Of a DNA stretch of 64,000 nt, positions 38,351 through 50,760 are shown piece after piece (position 1 is the first letter of the stretch; each line of letters begins with the position of its first letter). Source of the stretch: Pristiophorus japonicus (taxonomy: Eukaryota); contig NC_092002.1 of assembly GCF_044704955.1 (NCBI RefSeq), positions 13,702,001 through 13,766,000 on the forward strand, read 5' to 3'. A program made the translations under genes and the position numbers. The notes under the pieces were generated by a model. That model searched no databases and had not been told where the DNA came from. It worked only from the letters and a program-made list of their open reading frames with translations.

Positions 38351-40219
38351 GCTATCCAAGCAGTCCCACACCCTGCTCTCTCTGCACAGCACTGCCATTA
38401 CAAGCTGCTAACGTGACTCGACACTATTTTATTCTGTGTGTGGTGCGACTGCCTGGTGATTAAATCAATTTGTTACCTGATTTAGAATGAGCACTGCCTT
38501 TTATTTAATGATTTATACCCGAGAAAGTGGGGCAGTTAAGGACAAGTCTGTTGAATAAAATAAACTTGTACTGGTTGAAAGAAATGCAAGTCTTGTGTGT
38601 TCTCCTGAGGCACAGAATGTCTCACGGTAGACCTTTATGGTAAATAAACCAAGCACTCAGGGTTAATTCTAGTGGGATAGATTTGAAAAGTAGCCAAGTT
38701 ATTCTAAACTTGTATTGCACCTTGGTTAGACCTCACATGGATTACTGCGTACAATTCTGGACACCATATTATAAAAATACCAGAAATGTGAGGTTATACC
38801 TTTCAGGAAAGGATAAACAGGCTGGGTCTCTCTTTCTCTTGAAAAGAGAAGGCTGAGGGGTGACCTAATAGAGGTCTTTAAAATGATGAAAGGCTTTGCT
38901 TTCACTTGTGGGGAAGAGCAAAACTAGAGGCTATTAATATAAAATATAAACAGAAAATGCTGGAAATACTCAGCACGTCAGGCAGCATCTGTAGAGAGAG
39001 AAACCAGAATTAATGTTTCAGGTCGATGACCTTCAGAACTATAAAATGTTAGAGATGTTTCAGATTTTAAGCAAGTGCAGGGTTAGGGAAAGGAGCGAGG
39101 GGAGGAAAGAACAAAAGGGAAGGTCTGTGATGGGGTGGACGGCAGGAGTAATTAAATGACAAAAGGGATAATTGTTCAAAGTAATGGGAGATGGTAATGG
39201 GACAAGTAAAGACACAAAAGATGGGTCGAGAAGCGGTGTAATTGGGAATGGCAGAATCATTATCAGCTGCCATCTGGAAAAAATAGTGGTAGCGGTTATG
39301 ATCTGAAATTGTTGCACTTGATGTTGAGTCCAGAAGTCTGTAAAGTGTCTAATTGAAAGATGAGGTACTGTTGTGAGCAGCAAATAGTGTACTAAATTGC
39401 AAGAAGTACAAATAAATTGCTTTTTCACCTGGAAGGAGTTTTTGGGGCCCTGGACAGTGGGAAGGGAGATGGTAAAAGGACAGGTCAAGAGTCCCAATGG
39501 TGGGGGCTGGGATCACCCTCGGGAACTCTGAGCAATGATTGAATTTAGTTTTGTCTCGTTTCTTTAGCCAGTATCCTGCTAGATGCCAATAGGCACAATG
39601 CAGTGCCACTGATGCAGGCAGACCGGCAGGCAGACTGAAGGCTGAACGATTCTAATGAAAATTGATTGAGTGATAATCAATAGTTGATCAGGAAAACATA
39701 GTCAGCTGATCTATGAAGGGTATTGGTGTAAAGTTAGATTACACAATAAAAACTGAAAAAAAACAGACATCTGGCAAGTGATGGCTTGCAGCATTTTTGG
39801 ATACCGACTGAGAATAAACAGGGCAGTTCTCCCCATACAACCCACCAGCTCCTTGCAGATGTATATTAGGTTTTGAAATACAAGTAGTTCTTTGGGGAAT
39901 CTGCTTTTTGCTTCACCACACTGAGGAGAACAAAGAATTCACTGCGACAGGTGGGTGTAAATGTTGGCGGTTGAACAAACTGCACTAAGGAGTAGTGGCT
40001 ACAGGATTAGGTAGGATATACAGCACAGAACAAGGCCATTCAGCTCAAACAGGCCATTTTGCTGTTTATGCTCCACTCTAGCCTCCTCCCATCCCTCCTC
40101 ATCTAGCTATCAGCATAACCCTCTATTCCTTTCTCCCTGGTAAGCTTTTCTAGCCTTCCCTTAAATACACCTATACTTTTCGCTTCAACCAGCTTGTTCA
40201 TCCTTTCCTGATAGATATT

Positions 40220-42422
40220 AGGATGGAGAATGAAACAGTTAATTCAGAGACCATGGTCCAGAACTTGAAGGGTAACTTTGAAGGTATGAGGCGTGAATTG
40301 GCTAGGATTGATTGGCGAATGATACTTAAGGGGTTGACTGTGGATGGGCAATGGCAGATATTTAGAGACCGCATAGATGAACTACAACAATTGTACATTC
40401 CTGTCTGGCGTAAAAATAAAAAAGGGAAGGTGGCTCAACTGTTGCTATCAAGGGAAATCAGGGATAGTATTAAAGCCAAGGAAGTGGCATACAAATTGGC
40501 CAGAAATAGCAGCGAACCCGGAGACTGGGAGAAATTTAGAACTCAGCAGAGGAGGACAAAGGGTTTGATTAGGGTAGGGAAAATGGAGTACGAGAAGAAG
40601 CTTGCAGGGAACATTAAGACGGATTGCAAAAGTTTCTATAGATATGTAAAGAGAAAAAGGTTAGTAAAGACAAACGTAGGTCCCCCGCAGTCAGAATCAG
40701 GGGAAGTCATAACGGGGAACAAAGAAATGGCGGACCAATTGAACAAGTACTTTGGTTCGGTAGTCACTAAGGAGGACACTAACAACCTTCCGGATATAAG
40801 AGGGGTCAGAGGGTCTAGTAAGGAGGAGGAACTGAGGGAAAGCCATATTCATCGGGAAATTGTGTTGGGGAAATTGATGGGATTGAAGGCCGATAAATCC
40901 CCAGGGCCTGATGGACTGCATTCCAGAGTACTTGGAAATAGCGGATGCATTGACAGTCATTTTCCAACATTCCATTGACTCTGGATCATTTCCTATCGAG
41001 TGGAGGGTAGCCAATGTAACCCCACTTTTTAAAAAAGGAGGGAGAGAGAAAATGGAATTATAGACCGGTCAGCCTGACATCGGTAGTGGGTAAGATGATG
41101 GAATCAATTATTAAGGATGTCTTGGCAGCGCATTTGGAAAGAGGTGACATGATAGGTCCAAGTCAGCATGGATTTGTGAAAGGGAAATCATGCTTGACAA
41201 ATCTTCTGGAATTTTTTGAGGATGTTTCCAGCAGAGTGGATAAGGGAGAACCAGTTGATGTGGTATATTTGGACTTTCAGAAGGCTTTCGACAAGGTCCC
41301 ACACAAGAGATTAATGTGCAAAGTTAAAGCACATGGGATTGGGGGCAGTGTGTTGACATGGATTGAGAACTGGTTGTCAGACAGGAAGCAAAGAGTAGGA
41401 GTAAATGGGTACTTTTCAGAATGGCAGGCGGTGACTAGTGGGGCCCCAGCTGTTTACACTGTACATTAATGATTTAGACGAGGGGATTAAATGTAGTATC
41501 TCCAAATTTGCAGATGACAGTGTGAGCTGCGAGGAGGATGCTATGAGGCTGCAGAGCGACTTGGATAGGTTAGGTGAGTGGGCAAATGCATGGCAGATGA
41601 AGTATAATGTGGATAAATGTGAGGTTATCCACTTTGGAGGTAAAAACAGAGAGACAGACTATTATCTGAATGGTGACAGATTAGGAAAAGGGGAGGTGCA
41701 ACGAGACCTGGGTGTCATGGTACATCAGTCATTGAAGGTTGGCATGCAGGTACAGCAGGCGGTTAAGAAAGCAAATGGCATGTTGGCCTTCATAGCGAGG
41801 GGATTTGAGTACAGGGGCAGGGAGGTGTTGCTACAGTTGTACAGGGCCTTGGTGAGGCCACACCTGGAGTATTGTGTACAGTTTTGGTCTCCTAACCTGA
41901 GGAAGGACATTCTTGCTATTGAGGGAGTGCAGCGAAGGTTCACCAGACTGATTCCCGGGATGGCGGGACTGACCTATCAAGAAAGACTGGATCAACTGGG
42001 CTTGTATTCACTGGAGTTCAGAACAATGAGAGGGGATCTCATAGAAACGTTTAAAATTCTGATGGGTTTAGACAGGTTAGATGCAGGAAGAATGTTCCCA
42101 ATGTTGGGGAAGTCCAGAACCAGGGGACATAGTCTAAGGATAAGGGGTAAGCCATTTAGGACCGAGATGAGGAGAAACCTCTTCACCCAGAGAGTGGTGA
42201 ACCTGTGGAATTCTCTACCACAGAAAGTTGTTGAGGCCAATTCACTAAATATATTCAAAAAGGAGTTAGATGTAGTCCTTACTACTAGGGGGATCAAGGG
42301 GTATGGCGAGAAAGCAGGAATGGGGTACTGAAGTTGCATGTTCAGCCATTAACTCATTGAATGGTGGTGCAGGCTAGAAGGGCCGAATGGCCTACTCCTG
42401 CACCTATTTTCTATGTTTCTAT
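40220..42422 (+). mobile_element. Young 5'-truncated CR1 ORF2
   Basis: ORFs 40223-40978, 41086-41469 and 41438-42331; the paralogous site at about 19555-19565 is empty. Confidence 0.93.
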
Positions 42423-43289
42423 GTACCCTCATATTTCTGGTATCATGCTTGTAAATCGTTTTTTGCATCCCCTCCCGTGCCTCTATATTCTTTTTATATG
42501 GCAACCAGAATTGTACACAGCGCTCCAAGTGTGGTCTAACCAAGGTTTGATTCAAGTTTAGCATAACTTCTCTACTTTCCCATTCAAACCGTCTAGAAAT
42601 AAACCCTGGTGCTTGGTTTGCTTTTTTATGGGCTTGTTAACCTGTGTCGCTACTTTCAGCGATTTGTGTATTTGTACTCCAACCTTCTATCAGATTTGTA
42701 GTTCCTCCCTATTTTTCTAACCAAAATTTGACAATTATATGCCCATTCTGCAATTTATTAACGTATTGTTATAATTTGTTGCAGGCCTCCTCAGTATTGA
42801 CTATTTCCCCACCCTCCCACAATTTGGTGCTATCTACAAATTTAGAAATTGCATTTTTGATTCCAAAGTCTAAATTGCTAACATAAATTGGGAACAGTGA
42901 TCCCAGCACTGAGCCTTGTGGAATACCACTCTCCCCACCCCCCGCCCCTCCGGTCACTGAATAGCTACCCTTTACCCCAACTCTGCTTTCTATCTTAAAG
43001 CCAGCTTCAAGTTTCCAGCCACATATCTATTCTGCTATCTGTCCTCTGACTCCGCGTTCTCTGACCTTATGCATTGGTCTATTATGTGGTACCTTATAGT
43101 AGGCCCTTTGAAATTCCAGATAAATCTGGAGTCATCAATCTCCACTGGACTGTCGGGGGAGGGAAGCAGTCGGGGAGTAAAATGGGAGGGTAAGACAGCG
43201 CAGGTCACTGTCGAATGGCACCACCCAAGACCAGGGAATAAATTGTCCACATTTCATCCGGGTTAGGGAATGGGATAATAACAAATAAC

Positions 43290-44665
43290 AACTTTTATTA
43301 AAAACATCCCAAGGTGTTTCACACCAGTGTTAGAGACAAACAGATAAATTTGACACCGAGTCACAGAAAAAATTAAGGCAGATGATCAAAAGCTTGTTTA
43401 AAGAGGTAGGCTTTAACAAGCGACTTAAAGGAGGAAAGAGAAGTAGAGAAGCGTGGAGGGAGTTCCAGAGCTTAGGGCCCAGGCAGATGAAGGCATATCC
43501 ACCGATGGTTGTGTAGTTAAAATGAGGGATGTTCAAGAGGCCAGAATTTGAGGAGCGCAGACATTTCTTGTGGGATTGTGAGGCTGAAAAAGATTACAGA
43601 TAGGGAGGGGTAAGTCCATGGATGATAAACAAGGATGAGAATTTTGAAATCTAGGCGTAGTTTAACTGGGAGCTAATGTAGGTCAGAAAGCAGAGGTGTC
43701 ATGGGTGACCTTGACTTGGTGCGGGTTAGTACACGGGCTGCTGAGTTTTGGATGACTTCAAGTTTACGCAATGTGGAAGGCCGGCCAGGAGTGAGTTGGA
43801 GTAGTCAAGTCTAGAGGTAACAAAGGCATTGATGAGAGTTGCAGCAGAAGAGCTGAGGCGGAGGCAGGCAATGTTATGGAGGTGGAAAAGCCGGTTTTAG
43901 TTATGCCACGGATATGTGGCTGGAAACTCATTTCATGGTCAAATATGACACCTAGGTTGTGAACAGTCTTGTTCTCCCTCAGATTGATGCTAGAGAGAGG
44001 GACGGAGTCAGTGGTTAGGGAACGCAGTTTGCGGCGGGGACCAAAGATGATGGCTTCGGTCTTCCCAATATTTAATTGAAGAAAATTTCTGCTCATCCAG
44101 TACTGGATGTCGGACAAGCAATCTGACAATTTAGATACCAAGCAGGGGTTGAGAGAAGTCGTGGAGAGGTAGAGCTGGGTGTCATCAGCGTACATGTGGA
44201 AACTGACTCTGTGTTTTCGGATGATGTCGTAAAGGGGCAGCGTATAGATGAGAAATAAGAGGGGACCAAGGATGCAACGATGCAGGAGTGGGAAGAGAAG
44301 CCATTGCTGGAGATTTTCTGGATGGGGTGGTCAGCCGTGTGAAAAGGCTGCAGACAGGTCCAGAAGGACGAGGAGGGATAGTTTACCTTTGTCACAGTCA
44401 TTTGTGACTTTGATGAGAGCCATTTCGGTACTGTGGCAGGGGCGAAAGCCAGATTGAAGGGATTCAAACACTGAATTCATGGAAAGATGATCACGGATTT
44501 GGGAGGCAACAACACGTTCAAGTACTTTGGACAGGAAGGGAAGGTTGGAGATGGGGCGATAGCAAGCAAAGTGGGGCCAAGTGTTATTTTTTTGAGGAGT
44601 GGGGTGAGGACAGCAGATTTGAAGGAGAGGGGAACAGTACCTGAGGACAGAGAACCGTTAACATG
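43290..44665 (-). mobile_element. L2 LINE fragment
   Basis: MYADDTQLYLS..LQLNIGKTEA (43764-44195). Confidence 0.85.
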
Positions 44666-45038
44666 GGTTGTGTGCACGGATCTAAAGAGAAAAACACAAA
44701 GCAAGGGAGGAAAGGAAATTAAAAGGGTTTCCTTAATAAATCTTATTTGTAAAATAAATACAGACAGTTCTTCCAATAAAATCTTTTCTTTATTCAAAAA
44801 TTAATTTTCCAATAAGTGAGGTTGGAGTTGATGCTGATGATAATTACAGCAGAAATTTTTCGAACACAATTTATGTACAAAATAGGGTAAAAATCCAACA
44901 ACTGTATTTGGGACATAAGTGTTGTCTGTAGAACAGTTCAGGTTGTTTCCATTGTGATGTTTTCTGCCTTTTGGCCATTTTTGATCTACGAATTCTTCTA
45001 CTTCAGACATGTTTCCAAACACAATACAAACAAATCCC

Positions 45039-45270
45039 TTACAATGTTTTAGTTCTCATGGTCCCTAATACATGTGGATGTATCACATCTCCTTGTTTCC
45101 TATCTTTCTTGCACATGATCTGACAGCAAGACAATAATCTCGTCACAAATCTGACCTGCAGATTTTGATCTGTAATAATCCGGTGGTGCATTGCACATGA
45201 GGAAACCGAGGAATGTCACTGCGTTTCCTCAGACCTGAGGTAGCACATTACTGAAGAAGGCGGCACAGCT
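45039..45270 (-). pseudogene. MROH1-like extreme C-terminal fragment, second copy
   Basis: Clear paralog of 20677-20905. Confidence 0.7.
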
Positions 45271-46390
45271 GTATCTAAAAATGAGATGCCTACCTGGGAA
45301 GCTATAACACATGACTACAATTACGCGAAGCAGCATGCCATAGACAGGGCTAAGCGATCCCACATCTCAATGGATAAGATCAAAGCTCTGCAGTCCAGCC
45401 CCATCCAGTCGTGAACGGTGATGGACAATTAAACACTAACGGGAAGAGCAGGCTCCATGAACATCCCATACTCAGTGATAGTTAATCAAATGCCCAGCAC
45501 GCAAGTGCAAAAGACAAGGCTGAAGCATTTGCAACCATCTTCAGCCAGAAGTGCCAAGTTGATGATCTATCACCATCACTGAAGCCAGTCTTCAGCTAAT
45601 TTGATTCACTCTATGTGATATCAAAAAAAGTCTAAGTGCACTGGATACAACAAAGGCAAAGGGTCTCAACAACATCCTGGCAGTAGTGCTGAAGACTTGT
45701 GCTCCAGAACTAGCTGTGCCTGTAGCCAAGCTGTTCCAGCACAGCTACAACACTGGCATCGACCCAAAAAAGTGGAAAATAGCCCAGGTATGTCCTGTCC
45801 ACAAAAAAGGTCAAATCCAACCCTGCAATAATCGCCCCAGCTGCTACTCTCAATCATCAGCAAAGGAAGGTGTCATCGATAGTGCTATTAAGCAGCACAG
45901 ACTCATTAATAGCCTGTTCGCCATTGCACAATTTGAGTTCCGCCAGCATCACCCAGCTCCAGACCTCATTACAGCCTTGGTCCAAACATGGACAAAAGAG
46001 TTGAATTCCAGAGGTGAGGTGAGAGTGACTCAAGGCAGTATTTGACCGAGTGTGGCATCAAGTAGCCCCAGTAAAATTGAAGTCAATGGGAATCAGGGGT
46101 AAAACTCTACTGGCTGGAGTCATACGTAGTGCAAAGGAATATGGGACGGTTCTGGTTGTTTGTGGACAGTTTTGTCAGCCCCAGGACATTGCTGCGGGAG
46201 CTCCTCAGGGTAGTGTCCCAGGCCCAACCATCTTCAGTTGCTTCATCAATGACCTTCCCTCCATTATAAGATCAAAAGTGAGGACTGCACAGTGTTTAGT
46301 TCCATTTGCAACCTCTCAGATAATGCATACAACAAGCCCTGAACAACATTCAGGCTTGGGCTGCTAAGTGGCAAGTAACAGTCGTGCCGG
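45271..46390 (+). mobile_element. Old CR1/jockey-group LINE RT fragment (amplicon block)
   Basis: ORFs 45686-46045 and 46050-46367 (PQGSVPGP..FINDLP). Confidence 0.8.
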
Positions 46391-46477
46391 AAAATGACCA
46401 ACTTTTTCGGACACACGCAGGCACACAGGACAACTTCTCGAATTTCAAATCCCTCCATGGCCTCACCATACCCTATC

Positions 46478-49400
46478 TCAGCAACCTCTTGCAGCCCTAC
46501 ATCCCTCCGAGAACTCTGCAATCTTTTGGAGTACAGATTGCTGGCCTGCTGTGACACCCTGCAAGCCCCTTTCGACACTTGTAAACCCAGCGATGATGGC
46601 AGCAGTCTGAGCTTCCACTGCAGCAGTGAGCCGTTGGGTTGCTTCTGCCTGTGCTGCAATGGAAGCCGCAAGTTCGCCCATCACATCCACCATCATGTTT
46701 GGGTCCACAAGGTCTCTCATGGAGCTGCCCATTATTTCCATCCCGGAAATCATGGGCTCCAAGCTCTGCGCAAAACCCCGGGCAATGTTGGAGCCGGACT
46801 CCTCCATGCTCCTTGACAGGGACAAGAGGCTCTTTGGCAGGCTTGCCACTGCACCAAGCATTTCTGTGTGCATGCCCATCACCTTTCTTCTGAAAGCCGC
46901 CCCATCAAGGTCATCATCTGAGTCCTGCGGTGCAGAATTTGTGTGCAAACTCGCCCTCCGGGGATCTGGCTCCCGAGCTATCCTTTCCCCCAGTCCTGGC
47001 TGCAAGCCACTCATGCCCGGTGACTCACCATGTGCATATCCCGCCTCTGTACTACCCTCTAAAGTCTGCACGGTGCCACTTTCTGAGTTTGCGTCTACGA
47101 GTTTTAGATGCAGTGCTGTTTTGTCGTCTTCTTCTTCTTCTTGTGCTTCTCCTCCGCCATAAGTGTCTTCCTTGTGCTCAGGTACAGTTGCTGTCGGTTT
47201 TTGGGTATCTGAAAGCAGAAAGGCAGGGGAGGGGGGGTAGCAAGATATCCATGCACATACCATCAGCAGTTTGTAAGTGAGAAGTGATTATGGGATGAGG
47301 TGGAAGTGGGATGTGAGAAGTATTGGGTATAAGCATACCTTCATCATCAGCGCTGCTTTCCACTTCTCCGTTCTCCATGAACTCTGTCCCTGCCCCTTCG
47401 ATAATTTGGAATACTGATTGCTCCAGGTCAGTTAGTTCAAGCCTGGCATGGTCGCCTCCCGCCAGCTGTTGCTCTCCGCGGTTATCAGCCACTTTTACCT
47501 GCAAGAGAAAGGGAAGTGTGTCAGTGAGTGTAGGGCTATGTGTTTGAGTGATGCGCCTGCCTTGGTTGAATAGCTGGCTGTGTGTGCAAAGTGTGAGATA
47601 TAGGGGTGAGTGTTGCAGCAGCGGTAATGTGAGGGTGATGTGAAGCCGTGAGGTGTGGGTGGTGACAGCGAGAGATTGTGGATAGGTGAGTGGTGCATTG
47701 AGCAGTGTGTGAGGCTCGGGGTGCTGATGGTGGGATATGGCATTGGCAGAAGAACCAAAGGTGACTTGAGGGAAAAACTTTTTTAAAATGCTGCAAGTGG
47801 TTAGGATCTGGAATGTGCTGCTTGAGAGGGTGATGGAGGCAGACTCAATCGTGGCCTTCAAAAGGGAATTGGATAAGTGCCTGAAGGAAAAAAAATTTGC
47901 AGGGTAACTGGGAGAGGGTGGGAGGGAGAGAGGGACGAGCTGACGCGCTCTTGCAGAGAGCCGGCAAGGGCCCGAGTGGCCTCCTTCAGTGATGTAATCA
48001 TTCTATGACAGTGGTGGGCAAAATATGGCCCTGGGGCCATATGCAGCCCTCCAAGTTAATCTATCCGGCCTGCTGGATATGACAGAAATAGAACGCGAGC
48101 CAGGGCTCAAGATGCACATTTGTCTATCCACTTTTACTTCTCATGAGTCAGAGACAGACCCGAACTGCAGCGAAGGAGAAACTACAGCAAATACTTAATT
48201 CAAATCAGTAATTTGCAAAACGATTCTCCCAGGCCTGATCTTAAAAGGACTTTTTCCCGTGATTCTGGGCACCAGTGGTGGACGTCTGTACCCAGAATGC
48301 ACTGCGTACTCGAATAGGCCCTATCCATTTTAGAGTGGAGTCGTGGCTGCTTTTCGGGATGCAGAGGATAAATTAAAAGGATAAATTCCCCGCCCTGGTG
48401 GGACCTTGGTATAAGTGTGGAGGTTCCTTCATGCATCCAGATATGCTCACATGCTCTCGTGTGACCCGTATTCTCCACCCTGTATACTGGCGCTGGTTGT
48501 GATGTCCCACATGTGGAAGGAGCAACCTGGCAGCCTAGCCCAGCAGGCTCAGCGGCCCCCGGCCTGCGAGCACCATCGAAGCAGGCCGGGGAGCGGAAAG
48601 AGCAGCGTGGCAGCATACCACTCCAGGGAGCAGCACGTGCTGGGGCAGGAGAGCAACGGCAGCGAAGAGGGACGTCACCAAGATCAATGTCGCTGATTGG
48701 AGTGCGGGCAGATACAGCAGGAGCAGCGAGGTCGGGCGAAGAAGCGGCGAGAGGTTGTAGAGGGACGTGAACGGGGCCCAGGAGAGGCGTGAGTTTGGGG
48801 CCCAGAAGAGGCGAGGGCCCAGGGACAGCACGCGCCAGCCCACACATGCGCACTAGGTCCATGCAGCAGAGCTGGTCTCCAGTCGTCTTGGTTAATCCTT
48901 GCTACTGGACCAAGACCTAGCTCTGTCAAGCCCGTGTGGTGGCTGGTGTGAACAGTCACCACACATTAAAAAAATCCACGCACAGGCATCTTCCACCCTT
49001 CAATATGTAGTTCGGGACCTGGAATTTTAGGTCCTTCATTGAAATACCTGTGAACTTTTTGACGTGGAAGCAAAATCATCCTCGATTCGAGGGATTGCCT
49101 ATGATGATGATCTCCACAACTACTTTTCTGAAGAAAGTGACTGGTGCTGCATCTTTCCTCTCCTGAGTACGACAGGAGGGGAGTTTTCATCTGACACCAA
49201 TCGGGACAGCATTGGTAATCTTTGCAGAGGAGCATAAGGATGACTGAGGTGGGGAATTGATGCTGACACCAGGCTCTGAATAGTGTACAGTTCTTTTTCA
49301 TAGCACTGATTTACAGAGACCAGAAGCTACCTCAACATTTTCAACATTTATCTTTGATTCATTTCTAAGCAGTATCGAATACATGTTGTGTATGTAAGAT

Positions 49401-50035
49401 AGCATCTGACTACTATCTGAATTTGTGTTTATGCAGTGTTTATATTCCTATTCCCGCAAGGGGCAATTATTTGGGCTGGAGGGCCACTTAACAGGTTTTG
49501 GTGAGCTGTTGAGGGCCACTCACCAATGTTCCCTCTAATTTTTTTTGCACACGATCCCTTTAAATTTGCTGCACCACCGGCCGCTATGGAGTCGCACATG
49601 CGCAGTGTCTCTTCCAGCGGCAGGAGCTGGGGAGCGGCCTGCGCAGGACCGTGCGATTGTTGCGCGACCATGCAGCCACGCGCCTTAGGGAGGAACCTTG
49701 GTGGATGGCCCTCAACAGCTCACCAAAACTTGTTAAGTGGCCCTCCAGCCCAAATAGTTGCCTGTTCTACAACATTTGCTGAAGCCTTCACTTACCTTGA
49801 CCAGCCGGGTGAGGTCATTAAACTTCTTCCGGCACTGGATGGGCGTCCTGGGGACCACACTCGCCACCGTGACAGCATTCGCTATCTCCTTCCAGACTCG
49901 CCTGGTCTTCAGTATTGAAGGCTTCTTGCCCCCTTGCGGGAATAGGACATCGTGTTGTCGCCGGACCCCGTGGACCAGGGCCTTCAGGGCCGTATCCGAA
50001 AACCGCTTCGCCCTTGACCACCGGTGTCTCTCCAT
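46478..50035 (-). CDS. Myb/SANT-like gene copy F; intact 376 aa when spliced, directly downstream of its promoter
   Basis: Exons 50035-49796, 47498-47339 and 47208-46478; GT/AG sites; no stops. Confidence 0.83.
48009..49764. mobile_element. hAT-like non-autonomous DNA transposon in intron 1 of copy F, with nested elements
   Basis: Starts CAGTGGTGGGCAA and ends ttgcctg; imperfect 8-bp TSD ttctatga/ttctacaa; contains an RTE-like element and a MITE-like segment at 49524-49700 (caatgttccctctaa..ttagggaggaaccttg). Confidence 0.6.
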
Positions 50036-50049
50036 GCCTGGCAACAAAG

Positions 50050-50760
50050 CACCTTTAAGGAGAGCCTCGGCCTAACTTTATTGGGGCTGCTAGACTGCAC
50101 CCGATATTGGGCACCTTCCCCACCCTTCCTCTCTTCCCCTGAGTGATCAGCGCTGCAATTGTGTGAACAAGCGCCAAAAAATGAGTGCTGGCTGCGCCAC
50201 TCAAACAGGCGCAAGGCGAATATGGCGGACGCTGACTTCGCCGGTTTGCGGCCTTATCCAATGTCCCTCACCGTCGCAAAAACGGGCAGTGCGCAGGCGC
50301 CGGAGGGCTGCGGGGTGGGCGGGGCTTACGGACCGCCTGAATGACACCTTGCGTCGTGACATCACACAGAAGGCGTCTGGTCCAGCCTGGGAGTTTGCGC
50401 AGTGGCCGGCGTCTGGCCGGCGGAGGGTGTATGCGCGGTGACGTCACAATCCGCCAGCTTCTCCCTATTCCACCCGTTATGCGTTGACGTCGCAGACGCA
50501 AAATAAGATGGCAGCAGGAAGGCGGTGTCCGCTTGGTGCCCAGTTGCTGCTGTTGTTGGTCGGCGGGGTCTTGGGCCCCCAGCCGGCCCGCGGCATCTCG
50601 GAGCCCGGCAAATGGAGGCTGAGTATCGCCGGGGTAAGTCCGCCAGTCGCCGTGTGAGTCGGAGTGACGAGGAATCCGGGGCCGTAACTATAGCGACCGG
50701 CGCCTGGGCCGCAGCAGCGAGGACCCAGGGCCGCGCTGACCCAGCTCTCTCCGCCCCCTT
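50050..50760. promoter_or_regulatory. CpG island / bidirectional promoter copy 3 (best preserved)
   Basis: NRF1-like tgcgcaggcgc at 50290-50300; GC box at about 50317; perfect CRE TGACGTCA at 50439-50446; YY1-like AAGATGGC at 50505-50512. Confidence 0.72.
50508..50633 (+). CDS. Signal-peptide first coding exon resembling TMEM87A/B exon 1; no downstream exons recognised
   Basis: MAAGRRCPLGAQLLLLLVGGVLGPQPARGISEPGKWRLSIAG followed by phase-0 donor gtaagt at 50634; signal peptide plus a (V/I)SEPGKW-like motif recalled from TMEM87 N-termini. Confidence 0.55.

Noticed and set aside
39850-39955. Possible plus-strand exon (ttgcag...cag|gtgggt) as TMEM87 exon 2
   Set aside because: Translation shows no recognisable similarity, and the stretch is absent from the other amplicon units.
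48200-48962. GC-rich ORFs of up to 220 aa
   Set aside because: They lie within the RTE-related/hAT nest; no domain motifs; long frames are expected at high GC.
50612-50633. Alternative micro-exon reading MEAEYRR from the ATG in aaatggagg, present in all three promoters
   Set aside because: The upstream frame gives a coherent signal peptide and a phase-0 donor; this ATG is most simply part of the K-W codons.
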